Of a DNA stretch of 64,000 nt, positions 39,442 to 50,338 are shown in pieces. Below the pieces are notes generated by a model. The model ran no database searches, was not told where the DNA came from, and saw only the letters and a list, made by a program, of their open reading frames with translations. Each line of letters begins with the position of its first letter. Positions within the stretch are counted from its first letter, which is position 1. The translations under genes were made by a program, and so were the position numbers. The DNA lies in NCBI GenBank assembly GCA_965214405.1, contig OZ243956.1:4416001-4480000 (forward strand), written 5' to 3'. Origin of the DNA: Trueperaceae bacterium (GTDB lineage Bacteria; Deinococcota; Deinococci; Deinococcales; Trueperaceae).

Positions 39442-39518
39442 GCGCCCGTAGCTCAGACGGATAGAGCAGGGGACTCCTAAGCCCAAGGTCGCGTGTTCGA
39501 CTCACGCCGGGCGCACCA
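39442..39518 (+). tRNA. tRNA-Arg (CCT)
   Basis: GCGCCCG/CGGGCGC acceptor stem with ACCA. Loop CTCCTAA. GTTCGAC T-loop. Promoter TTGCGC...TAAAAT at 39401-39430. Confidence 0.9.
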
Positions 39519-39523
39519 CTCCA

Positions 39524-39548
39524 GAAGCCGCTCTTAATGCGGCTTTTC
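39524..39548 (+). terminator. Intrinsic terminator after tRNA-Arg
   Basis: GAAGCCGC-TCTTAAT-GCGGCTTTTC. Confidence 0.75.
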
Positions 39549-39742
39549 CGGTTTTAGTAATGCCAGGCGAGTCACTACCTCCTCGTCGGTAATGCCGCTT
39601 GTGATGCCACACCACAGCCAACAGAAGTTTGTCTTGCTAATGACTCCAGCTTAACCCCTGCACCATTTGATGAAACCTTTTTCAATAGCGGAGCGTGTTT
39701 GCTAGCGCGTGACCAGAGCGCGTTCTCCAGTATGCTTTTCTT

Positions 39743-41281
39743 ATGCGAAGCTTCGGCAACCCCACCCGTTTGGCGTCTCGAGCCACGCCCGCCACCTCGC
39801 CCACCAGCAAGCCGCCAAACGCGTCGCCCAACGCCATCGAACTTAGAGGCGTTTGCGTGCAGTTCGACGGGCAGCCGGTCTTGCGTGACGTAAATTTGGA
39901 GGTCGCGCGGGGCGGCTTTGTCGCGCTTATCGGTCCCTCGGGCGGGGGCAAAAGCACCTTGCTGCGCGCGGTCGCAGGACTCTTAAAAGCAGGCAAAGGC
40001 GAAGTTACTGTAGCCGGAAAGCCCGCTGTCGTATTCCAGGACTACCGCCTGTTGCCCTGGCGCACGGTGCGTGAAAACGTCGCGCTGCCCTTCCAGCTCA
40101 CCGGGCGCGGCGAGAGCCCGGAGGAAGTGCTCAAGTTAGTAGGGATGTTGGAGCACGCAGACCGCTACCCCCACCAGCTCTCGGGCGGGATGCGCGCGCG
40201 CGTCGCCATCGCGCGCGCCTTGGCCCAAGACGCCGAAGTGCTGCTCATGGACGAGCCCTTCGCCGCGCTCGACGCGCTCGTGCGCGAACGCTTTAACTTG
40301 GAACTCAAGCGCCTGCACGAGCGCACGGGCAAAACGGTTCTGTTCGTGACCCATAGCATCCGCGAGGCGGTGTATCTCGCCGATACAGTGGTGGTATTGG
40401 AGGACGGGCGCATCGACACCGTGCTAGCCTCGCGCAACGAAGGCCGCATCACCGCGTATGACGACGGCATCGAGGCCGTGTTGCGGGCACGCATCGGCGT
40501 GGCGGATTCGACCCACGTGAACCTGACTCGGCCAAGGGTGCGCTTTCCCTGGGAGGCGCTGGGGGTCGTTGCGCTCACCGCGCTCCTGTTTTTGGGCTGG
40601 AGCCTGCTCGCCGCCCGGACCTCGCCCATTTTTTTGCCCCCGCCGGGGCTCGTGTGGGCGGCGGCTCTGGAGAACGCCTCTTATTTGTTCCGCAACGCCG
40701 CGGCGACCTTGCGCGTCACGGCCCTGGGCATCGTGTTGTCGCTCCTCATCGGGGTGCCGGTGGGCTACGTCATGGGCAAAAAGCGGGCGGTGGAGCGGCT
40801 TCTGTCGCCCTTTATTGTGGCCTTGCAGGCGGTGCCGACCATCATCATCGCGCCCCTGCTCGTGCTCTGGGTGGGCTACGGCTTAAGCGCCAAGCTGCTC
40901 GTCACAACGCTTATTTCAGTCTTCCCCGTGCTCGTCTCCACCGTTGTCGGCGTGCGTGAGGTGGATAGGGTCTACCGCGAGGTGTTTACGACAATGGGTG
41001 CGGGGCGCTGGGGCACGTTTTTGAGGCTCGAGCTCCCCGGCGCGCTCCCCGTGGTCTTGGGCGGCCTCAAGCTCACCGTGACGCTGGCGCTTATCGGCAC
41101 GGTGGTGGGCGAGTTCGTCTTCGGCGGCTCCGGCTTGGGCTACGTCGCCAACACCGAACGCGTAAACTTCCGCGTCGCCAACGCGATGGCGGCGGTTGGC
41201 GTCAACGTCGTTATCGGTATTGCTTTATACGGCGCGGTGAGCGTGCTCGAGACCTGGGTACTGCGCTACCGGCGGCGGTAG
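39743..41281 (+). CDS. Fused ABC ATPase + permease (NitT/TauT type; RibX-like)
   Basis: GPSGGGKS, LSGGM, MDEPF and VTH, followed in frame by a TM permease (ALQAVP...LELPGALP). TATGCT lies 6 nt before the ATG. Confidence 0.9.
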   Translation: MRSFGNPTRLASRATPATSPTSKPPNASPNAIELRGVCVQFDGQPVLRDVNLEVARGGFVALIGPSGGGKSTLLRAVAGLLKAGKGEVTVAGKPAVVFQDYRLLPWRTVRENVALPFQLTGRGESPEEVLKLVGMLEHADRYPHQLSGGMRARVAIARALAQDAEVLLMDEPFAALDALVRERFNLELKRLHERTGKTVLFVTHSIREAVYLADTVVVLEDGRIDTVLASRNEGRITAYDDGIEAVLRARIGVADSTHVNLTRPRVRFPWEALGVVALTALLFLGWSLLAARTSPIFLPPPGLVWAAALENASYLFRNAAATLRVTALGIVLSLLIGVPVGYVMGKKRAVERLLSPFIVALQAVPTIIIAPLLVLWVGYGLSAKLLVTTLISVFPVLVSTVVGVREVDRVYREVFTTMGAGRWGTFLRLELPGALPVVLGGLKLTVTLALIGTVVGEFVFGGSGLGYVANTERVNFRVANAMAAVGVNVVIGIALYGAVSVLETWVLRYRRR

Positions 41282-41290
41282 GGGTGCGCG

Positions 41291-41611
41291 TTGCAGCTTG
41301 ACCGTAGCGAGTTGAAAATTATAGCCAGCACGCTCAACTCCTTGGCAAACGGCTACAGATTTGAAAGCGAGTTGCGAAATCTCGTTGGAGCTGATGAAGA
41401 AGAGGTAAACACCATTCTGGACGCTAAGCTTCTTCACCTTCCTCAAGGGGAATTTTTCGAACCGCTGTTTGATGCTCGAGAAGTGCGCCTTTTGATCAGG
41501 TCTCTCGAGCTCATCCTCGAGTCTATTAGCGAAGCGTCACTTCTGACGCTTGCCGGTGGTCACAAGTCAGAAATCGTCCAGCTTCTCGAAAGGTTAAACG
41601 CCGCCAGATAA
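41291..41611 (+). CDS. Hypothetical protein with an internal two-fold repeat
   Basis: 106-aa lower-GC ORF whose two halves resemble each other. Confidence 0.6.
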   Translation: MQLDRSELKIIASTLNSLANGYRFESELRNLVGADEEEVNTILDAKLLHLPQGEFFEPLFDAREVRLLIRSLELILESISEASLLTLAGGHKSEIVQLLERLNAAR

Positions 41612-41712
41612 AAAGATACGTCCTCGAGGACGCAAGGGTGAAAAGCTCTTCCCGCCACCCGCACTTGTGATTTAGCGAACAAGCCCCCCACCCCCAGCCC
41701 TTATCATGAAAA

Positions 41713-41887
41713 GCGTCCTTCAGGGCGGGGTGAAAGTCCCCACCGGCGGTGATGCTGTGGGGCTGGTTTTATAAGCTGTTCTTATAAAGGCCTACAGACG
41801 AGCCCGCGACGCTCGATAAACGTTTCTCGAGCCTGAGCCCGTGCGATTCGGGTGCCGACGGTCACAGTCCGGACGGGAGAAGGAGGC
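41713..41887 (+). ncRNA. FMN riboswitch (RFN element)
   Basis: CTTCAGGGCGGGGTGAAAGTCCCCACCGGCGGT...AGCCCGCGA...GCCGACGGTCACAGTCCGGACGGGAGAAG, the canonical RFN blocks. Confidence 0.96.
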
Positions 41888-41895
41888 AGGCTAAG

Positions 41896-42921
41896 GTGCG
41901 CCCACCTTGGCTGCAAAGCTCTATGGTTATCCGCCGCGTTTTGATAAGTTTGCTGGTTTTCTCGCTCAGTTTGTCGTTGGGTCAAGCCGCTCAACCACAA
42001 GGGACGGAAGAAGTACGCGTGGGCCTCGGTTATCTGCCCGACGTGCAGTTCGCGCCCTTTTACCTTGGCGCGGTCTCGGGGCTTTACGAGGCGCAGGGGC
42101 TTTCGGTCGAATTTCAGCACGGGTTCGTGACTGAACTTTATCCGCTTCTGGCGCAGGGCAAGCTCGACTTCGTCGTGGGAGACGCCGAGGATGTGATCAG
42201 CCTGCGTAGCCAAGACCCCGAGGGCGCGCCTTTCGTTTATCTCATGGCGCTCTATCAGCGCGTGCCCAACGCGCTCTTTTCACTTCCGGAAGCGGGTATC
42301 GAGCGTCCCGCAGACTTGCGCGGTAAAACAATCGGGATGCCGGGGCTTTTCGGCTCTTCGTATACGTCGCTCCAGGCGGTGCTCGCGGCGGCGGGGCTCA
42401 CCGAAAACGAGGTAACGATCCAACAAATCGGCTTTACCCAGGCCGAGGCGGTTTTGAGCGGGCGCGTGGACGTGGCGATGGGATTTGTGAACAACGAGCC
42501 CACCGTGCTGCGCGCAAGGGGCGTAGAGGTCAACGTTCTCCCGGCAGGCCCTTATAATCCTTCGGCGGGCAACGGCGTCGTCACGACGGACGAGGTTTTG
42601 GCAAACGAAGCGCTGGTGCGGCGCTTTTTGGCGGCCTCACAGGAGGCGATGGCGCGGACGCTCTCTCACCCGGAAGAGGCTTTTGGGGCGTCGGCAACGT
42701 ATATTGAAAATTTGGACGCGGACAGGCTCGAGGTCTTGAAAGCCTCCTTGCCCCTCTACACCTCCCCCGCCACCCAAGAGAACGGCCTCGGCACCACCGA
42801 CCCGGAGGGCTGGGAACAGACCCTGGCGCTTCTTACTAAGGTGGGCCGCGTTACTACCGACCTTCCCGCGACGGCGTTCTTTAGCAACGATTATCTGACG
42901 CCGGGCGTCGCCGCCCCCTAG
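41896..42921 (+). CDS. NMT1/THI5-like ABC substrate-binding protein, probably riboflavin-binding (RibY-like)
   Basis: Signal peptide. LGYLPDVQFAPFY, DLRGKTIG.PG.FG.SY and IGFTQ motifs. Directly downstream of the FMN riboswitch. Start at 41896 (GTG) or 41923. Confidence 0.9.
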   Translation: MRPPWLQSSMVIRRVLISLLVFSLSLSLGQAAQPQGTEEVRVGLGYLPDVQFAPFYLGAVSGLYEAQGLSVEFQHGFVTELYPLLAQGKLDFVVGDAEDVISLRSQDPEGAPFVYLMALYQRVPNALFSLPEAGIERPADLRGKTIGMPGLFGSSYTSLQAVLAAAGLTENEVTIQQIGFTQAEAVLSGRVDVAMGFVNNEPTVLRARGVEVNVLPAGPYNPSAGNGVVTTDEVLANEALVRRFLAASQEAMARTLSHPEEAFGASATYIENLDADRLEVLKASLPLYTSPATQENGLGTTDPEGWEQTLALLTKVGRVTTDLPATAFFSNDYLTPGVAAP

Positions 42922-42961
42922 ACCCGCTTTCTCTCAAAAAATCACACCCGTTCACGCCGCC

Positions 42962-43003
42962 AAAGCCTCACCCTACAGAGCGTCTAAGTCGGCGTGAGGC
43001 TTT
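42962..43003. terminator. Bidirectional terminator
   Basis: AAAGCCTCAC...GTGAGGCTTT between convergent genes. Confidence 0.65.
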
Positions 43004-43028
43004 GAGTCTGCTTTCCGTTTCTCGAGCT

Positions 43029-43547
43029 TCAAAAGAGAATTTTTGACCAGTTGAGGTCGTCTAAAGGATGAAACACGTCCACGTACTCCAAGAGCACCCC
43101 CGCCGACTGACTTTTGAACATGGCGCACTCGACGTGCTTGCCCCGGCGCTTGATGGCCTCGACCAGCTCGACGTAGTCGCCGTCGCCGCTCACAATCAAG
43201 GCCGTGTCGTAGGCGTTTTCGACGGCGAGCGAGAGCGACTCGACCGCGATGGCCACGTCGATGCCCTTTTCGACCAGCGTCCCGTCGTGCCGCCTATGGA
43301 GCCTGCCTAAGCGGACCGTCACGTAAGGGATGCGCCGCAGCGACTCGAAAAAGCGGCCCTGGCCCTCGCGCAGTTCGACCTCGTAGTCGTCCGTCAGGGG
43401 CGCGTTGTAGTAGTAGACGCGCATCAGCGGGCGGTTGACGAGAAGCTGTTTCACGAGCTCTTGGAGGTTGACGCGCGTGCTCGAGAGGTTGTCGCGCATC
43501 CCGTTGTAAAGGTTGCTGCCGTCAATAAATACCGCCGTACGTTGCAA
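43029..43547 (-). CDS. NYN/LabA (DUF88) PIN-like domain protein
   Basis: VFIDGSNL, YYY, EKGID and SGDGDY motifs. GAGGAG RBS before the TTG at 43547. Confidence 0.92.
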   Translation of the reverse strand: MQRTAVFIDGSNLYNGMRDNLSSTRVNLQELVKQLLVNRPLMRVYYYNAPLTDDYEVELREGQGRFFESLRRIPYVTVRLGRLHRRHDGTLVEKGIDVAIAVESLSLAVENAYDTALIVSGDGDYVELVEAIKRRGKHVECAMFKSQSAGVLLEYVDVFHPLDDLNWSKILF

Positions 43548-43902
43548 AATAAGCTCCTCGAAATAAAGGTTATACAGGCTATGTGTTACTTCCTCCAGTG
43601 TACCCGCCCGCGGACGCAAATGGAATGGGGGTGACGTTTGGTCGGGCTCTGTTAACGTTTCCGCTCGGCGAAGCTCGAGGGGCTGGATGAGAGAAAGTAG
43701 GAGCAAGAAAAAGTAAGAAGAGAGGGGCCGGTCTTGTTGCGTCCATGACGAGGTCGAGTGTACGCATAAACGGCTAATGTCAATACACCCTAGCCCTAAC
43801 GCGGATGGGTTGCGCGGGTTTGGATAAAGGGTAGGATGAACTCGAGTCGGCAGCAGCGGGGACAGAACGCAGAGGCGGGTATTCCAATGTGTTGACGACG
43901 TA

Positions 43903-46404
43903 GTGACGATGAAGCGCGCGAGAACGAACGTTCCTTGGTCTTGGGCCACAGCCCTGTGGCGCGCCACACCCAACGGTGTGCGCGCGTCACTGGCTGTGGT
44001 TCTTTATCTCCTCGCTTACCTCCTGCTGGACACGGTTTCTGAAGCGTTCGATGTCGGGGCGGGTGTGTCTGTTTGGTACCTTCCCAGCGCGCTCAGTCTC
44101 GTGCTCCTCTTGGTGCTCGGTTTGCGCTTTCTGCCCGCGCTCTTCGCGGCGGTTCTGCTCGCGCAACTTGTGAATAACGCCTCGCTCCCGCTTCTTTCCT
44201 CGCTCGTTCACGCGCTGACCTATACGTTCGCCTATGGCGGCGCCACGCTCTTCTTGCGCCGCTTGCGCGTTGACCCGCGCCTCTACGGTCTGCGTGACGT
44301 GGTCTGGTTTATGTTCGTCGGCGCTTTTTTAGCGCCGCTTATTGCCAGCTTTTTTAGCGTCACAAACTTTACGCTTTCCGGTTCTTTTACCTGGTCACAG
44401 TGGCTCACGCTTCTATTTCAGTTTGCGGCGGGAGACGCCACGGGCATCGGCGCGCTCGCGCCCTTTCTTTTGGTTATGCTGCGCCATACCCCGTGGCTGA
44501 AAACAAAGGGCTTAGGGACGAACGAGTCAACGTTACCGGAGGCGGACGCCTCATCAGATTCGCCAGAGCCGGATGCGGCAACGACAAAATCCTCGAGGTC
44601 AAACATCCCGGAGCCGAACGTGTCAGCGTCCCATCTACCGAGACGGGATGTACTAAAGGCGGATATATCTAAGGCGGATATATCAAAGCCGGACGTACCG
44701 GGGTCGCGTTCACCGGACTCGGGCGACCCGCAGGAGGCGGTGCGGGACTCGAGCGGGCGGTGGCCCACCACCCAGGAGGTGTTCAGGGTCCTTCTTTTTG
44801 CGGGCGTTTTCGCGCTCGCCGCCTTTGTCGCCTACGCCGTGCCCCAGTCGCTGACGCTCAACCACTCTTACGTCACGTTTATTCCCGTGCTCCTCGTCGC
44901 GGGGTGGTACGGCTTTGGGTGGGGAACGGCGGCGACGCTATGCACCAACGTCTGCGTCGCGCTTTTTACCTTTTCCAAAATGGGCAGCGTGGACGGTTTC
45001 GCGTTGCAGTTCGGGCTCGTGACGCTGACCTATTTGGGTATCTTGCTCGGCGCGTCTGTGAGCGAGCGCAAAAGCCTCACGGCGCGTCTTCACTACACCG
45101 CGTTTCACGACGCGCTCACCGGGCTGCCCAACCGGGCGCTCTTTTTGGAGCGTTTGGCGCGCGCTGTGAGAGAAGCAAAGGGCGAGGGAGAGACCGCGGT
45201 GCTTTTTATCGACCTAGACCGCTTCAAGGGGGTGAACGACGGTCTCGGGCACGCCGCGGGCGACGCGGTGCTCGTCGAGGCGGCGCGTCGCCTGCGCCGC
45301 CTTCTCAGGCCCGGGGACACGGTCGCGCGGCTTGGCGGCGACGAATTTACCGTGCTGCTCGAGGGCACCACACGACAAGACGCCGTGGGCGTCGCCGAAC
45401 GCATTCAAGACGCGTTCGCATCCCCCTTTCTTCTTTCCGCTCATCTCCCCACCCAATCTCAGCAGGCGGTGCAGCTAGGGGCGAGCGTCGGCATCGCCTT
45501 GAACCCGAGCCCAGGCACGACGCCCTACGGGAGACCCGGCGACCTTTTGCGCAACGCCGACACCGCCTTGAGCCGCGCCAAGACCCAGGGCAGGGCGAGC
45601 TACGCGGTTTTCGACCCCGCGATGTACGAGGGCCAGCGGGAGCGGCTGCGCTTGGAGAACGAGCTCGAGCGCGCTTTCGAGCGGCAGGAGTTAAGCCTCC
45701 ACTATCAGCCCATCGTCCTGGTCGGCACAGGAAAAATCGTCGGGGTAGAGGCGCTTTTGCGCTGGAGGCACCCGGAGCGCGGATTTATACCGCCGGACGT
45801 GTTCATCCCCGTGGCCGAGGGAACGGGGTTCATCGTTCCTCTTGGCATCTGGATAATGAAACAAGCGTTTACTCAGCTCAGGGCGTGGCACGACGCGGGG
45901 CACGCGCATCTCTTTATGTCGGTCAACGTCTCGGCGCGTCAGGCGGGGCAGCCGCAACTGGTCGGGGTGGTTCGGGACACCCTTGAGCAGCTCCGCTTGG
46001 ACCCGGAGTGCGTGGCGCTCGAGCTCACCGAAAGCGTGTTTATGGAGAGCACCGGCGAAAACGTCACCCGCTTCGTAGCGCTCCACGACCTCGGCGTCCG
46101 GCTTTCCATCGACGACTTCGGCACCGGCTACTCGTCGCTGAGCCGCCTTAAAAGCCTGCCCGTCCACACGCTCAAGATCGACCGCTCCTTTCTGACGGGC
46201 GTGCCAGGCTCGGGCAGCGACGCGGCCATCGTCAGAACGATCCTTGCGATGGCGCACAACCTGAACTTAAATGTCGTGGCCGAGGGGGTAGAAAGGAACG
46301 CGCAGGCAGAATTTTTGCGCGCCCACGGTTGCGACCAGGCGCAGGGCTACTTGTTCAGCCGCCCCCTACCCGCGGACGCGCTCACGCGCCTTTTAGAGGG
46401 TTGA
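43903..46404 (+). CDS. MASE1-GGDEF-EAL c-di-GMP signalling protein
   Basis: TM region with SVWYLPS (MASE1-like). HDALTGLPNR, DLDRFK, RLGGDEF, EALLRW, DDFGTGYSSL and AEGVE motifs. Confidence 0.93.
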   Translation: MTMKRARTNVPWSWATALWRATPNGVRASLAVVLYLLAYLLLDTVSEAFDVGAGVSVWYLPSALSLVLLLVLGLRFLPALFAAVLLAQLVNNASLPLLSSLVHALTYTFAYGGATLFLRRLRVDPRLYGLRDVVWFMFVGAFLAPLIASFFSVTNFTLSGSFTWSQWLTLLFQFAAGDATGIGALAPFLLVMLRHTPWLKTKGLGTNESTLPEADASSDSPEPDAATTKSSRSNIPEPNVSASHLPRRDVLKADISKADISKPDVPGSRSPDSGDPQEAVRDSSGRWPTTQEVFRVLLFAGVFALAAFVAYAVPQSLTLNHSYVTFIPVLLVAGWYGFGWGTAATLCTNVCVALFTFSKMGSVDGFALQFGLVTLTYLGILLGASVSERKSLTARLHYTAFHDALTGLPNRALFLERLARAVREAKGEGETAVLFIDLDRFKGVNDGLGHAAGDAVLVEAARRLRRLLRPGDTVARLGGDEFTVLLEGTTRQDAVGVAERIQDAFASPFLLSAHLPTQSQQAVQLGASVGIALNPSPGTTPYGRPGDLLRNADTALSRAKTQGRASYAVFDPAMYEGQRERLRLENELERAFERQELSLHYQPIVLVGTGKIVGVEALLRWRHPERGFIPPDVFIPVAEGTGFIVPLGIWIMKQAFTQLRAWHDAGHAHLFMSVNVSARQAGQPQLVGVVRDTLEQLRLDPECVALELTESVFMESTGENVTRFVALHDLGVRLSIDDFGTGYSSLSRLKSLPVHTLKIDRSFLTGVPGSGSDAAIVRTILAMAHNLNLNVVAEGVERNAQAEFLRAHGCDQAQGYLFSRPLPADALTRLLEG

Positions 46405-46988
46405 ATTCAGGGTCTGTTGACGTTTCGGCTTGGCCGAGTCGGGCTCTAGCGCCGCACCTTATTACTTCATTACTTCCAGATTACTTCATTACTTCCAAAC
46501 AATATCGTTGACTACTCGGATTCGCAGATGCTGTGCCTGACGCATCCGGGTTTTGAGAAACCCTGAAATGCTTGTCCACGTCTAGCACGCCGTTTCTAAC
46601 AGCCCCTCCCTGACGGGTGTGTCGGTGCTGGCGGACCCTTTGCTCCGCGCCAGAGAGACCGGGGGTTACTCGCCTGGGGGCTACGCTCGAGAAGCTTTCA
46701 TGAACCCAGAAACGAAAACCCTCGCCTCTATCCGCGCCAACGACACCCTGGTGGCAAACTTTTACACCTTCTCGCACTATCGGCTCTGACAGGTTTACAG
46801 TGAGCTCCGGCTTTTGGGGGCCTACAAACTGGTCAATCAAGCTGTACCTTCGCGGCAGGAAACTTCCGAAAGTTAGGTGAAATGTGCGTTTAACGTCCAC
46901 ATGCGTAAGCCCTGACGCGGTGATGAGGTCCGTTCGCCTGTTGCTCGCAAACTATGAACGCTGCTCAACGACGAAAGCCCGTCGGATT

Positions 46989-47017
46989 TTGACAAAAGCT
47001 TAAAAACCGCTTACAAT
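46989..47017 (+). promoter_or_regulatory. Near-consensus sigma-70 promoter upstream of the sugar ABC operon
   Basis: TTGACA-17 nt-TACAAT. Confidence 0.75.
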
Positions 47018-47410
47018 CCCCCTTAATCACAACGCGCTGTTTGTCCGCCCACGGGTCCGCCCACAAAAAAATCGGCGGGCGGACCGGAGGGAGAGGATGG
47101 ACGTACGCCTAGAGGACGGGGCAAGCAGGACGGGCGTCTCGAGCTCCCCCTGTACCCAGCTCATAACGCTGAGACTGCTTAGGGCGGCGTTTGAAAAAAG
47201 TTACACGGTTTTCGGGACCTTTTTATGACCGCCTTTGATAGGCTCGAGCCGCCACCTTTTCCGTCACAGCCGTTGGCGAGACCACCCCAATGACCTTCAT
47301 TCTAAGGAGGTGGCCTGAGTCAAGACAGTTAACCCTGAGAATGAGCTTCGCAGATCTATAAACAGCTCGATAACCACTAAGCGGAAGCCTACGAGTAACT
47401 TGGAGGAATC

Positions 47411-48880
<1,470 letters not shown>

Positions 48881-48973
48881 GTTTTAGCGGGTCCCGCTCA
48901 GGCTTTTATTTGCATCATCAAGGAAGCCACAGAACGCGCTTCTGCTTTAGTAAATCTGCTTTAGTAAAGACGA

Positions 48974-49007
48974 GAGTACCGAGTTGCCAGTGTCTCACTC
49001 GGTACTC
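48974..49007 (+). other. Intercistronic stem-loop after the SBP gene
   Basis: GAGTACCGAG...CTCGGTACTC 10-bp inverted repeat. Confidence 0.6.
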
Positions 49008-49107
49008 GTCATCAAGCGCTAAAGTTCTGGTGACGGAAGCCCGAGTCGCGCCTTGTGACGAATTCGTAACGAAGCGGGACCCTCCACCAAACAGATAGAA
49101 TGCTTCT

Positions 49108-50253
49108 ATGCAAACTCAGAAAAAAGCTCGAGCCCCCCACGCCGCGCCCGCGTCCTTTGGCGAGCGGGTGAGGGGGTGGCTCGAGCGCCACGCGGGCAAC
49201 GTCTTCTTGCTCCCCGCCGTGCTGGTGGTGCTCGCGCTCTCTATTTTTCCGCTGCTTATCTCGGCCTATCTCGCACTGTCGCGCCTCCAGTTCGTCCGGG
49301 GGGGCATCGACATCACCTTCGTCGGCCTTGCCAACTTCCGCAAGCTCCTGTTAGGAAGCGAGCGGCAGCACTTTCGGGGCGTGCCGGGTGAGCTGTCGCT
49401 CCTCGCCTGGCTCGCTATCGGGGTCGCGGCGGCGCTTCTTATCTACGCGCTGTGGCGCTACGCGCGCGGGAAAGATGCAAGCGTCGGCGGCTTCGTCTAC
49501 CGCGTGGTGACGTTCGGGATTTTAGGCATCGGCCTCTGGTACGTTCTCAAAACCTTGAGCGCGGGGGGTCGCCCCGGCAGCCTTATCGTGACGCTCGTTT
49601 ATGTGTTTGTCGGCATCACTTTCCAGTACGCGCTCGGCCTCGGGTTGGCGCTCCTGACCACGCAGCAACTGCCGGGCCGCCGCTTTTTCCGCGTCGTCTT
49701 TCTCCTGCCGATGATGATTACGCCCGTCGGCGTCGCCTACACCTTCAGGATGCTCACCGACACGGGCAAGGGGCCGCTCAAGCCGCTCTTGGAGGCGGTG
49801 GGGCTCGGCGGCGCGTCTTGGGTCACCAGCGCCTGGGGCGCGCGCTGGGCGGTGATGGGCGGGGACATCTGGCAGTGGACGCCCTTCATGTTTATTATCC
49901 TTTTGGCCGCCATCGAGGGCTTGCCCAACGAACTCTTCGAGGCCGCGCACGTGGACGGGGCAAGCCGCTGGCAAATCTTTTGGGCCATCACGCTGCCGCA
50001 AATCGTCCCGGTGAGCGCCACGGTGGTGCTCATCCGCATGATTGAGGCGTTCAAGATTGTGGACCTGCCCAACGTCTTGACCAACGGCGGGCCGGGCACC
50101 GCCACGGAATCCTTGACGCTCCACTCGTTTTTCACCTGGCGCGCGCTCGATTTGGGCGGCAGCGCCGCGATTGCCTATATGCTGATGTTCGTGTCGCTCT
50201 TTATCTGCATCTCATACGTCAACCTTATCTACGCGCCCGCGACCCGGCGGTGA
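49108..50253 (+). CDS. Carbohydrate ABC transporter permease
   Basis: FVGLANF, DIWQWTPF and the EAA loop ELFEAAHVDGASRW. Confidence 0.93.
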   Translation: MQTQKKARAPHAAPASFGERVRGWLERHAGNVFLLPAVLVVLALSIFPLLISAYLALSRLQFVRGGIDITFVGLANFRKLLLGSERQHFRGVPGELSLLAWLAIGVAAALLIYALWRYARGKDASVGGFVYRVVTFGILGIGLWYVLKTLSAGGRPGSLIVTLVYVFVGITFQYALGLGLALLTTQQLPGRRFFRVVFLLPMMITPVGVAYTFRMLTDTGKGPLKPLLEAVGLGGASWVTSAWGARWAVMGGDIWQWTPFMFIILLAAIEGLPNELFEAAHVDGASRWQIFWAITLPQIVPVSATVVLIRMIEAFKIVDLPNVLTNGGPGTATESLTLHSFFTWRALDLGGSAAIAYMLMFVSLFICISYVNLIYAPATRR

Positions 50254-50338
50254 GACGGGTTTTGAAAAGTTCAGGAGCCGTTATGCTTTCGGTACCAAGA
50301 GGCAAAATGTTTGAGAGCCAGGATGTTTAAGAGTCAAA

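Noticed and set aside
43548..43973. N-terminal extension of the NYN ORF to 314 aa
   Set aside because: The domain begins at TTG 43547 after a good RBS. The extension crosses the divergent promoter and overlaps the next gene.
44760..45986. 408-aa alternative-frame ORF
   Set aside because: Arg/Ala-rich off-frame product of GC-rich codons inside the GGDEF-EAL gene.
46850..46890. Possible c-di-GMP-I riboswitch (GGAAAC..CCGAAAG) near the GGDEF-EAL gene
   Set aside because: The stem pairing and second hairpin of the GEMM motif could not be built.
46481..46900. 139-aa minus-strand ORF
   Set aside because: No RBS, no motif, atypical composition, and it ends in a tandem repeat.
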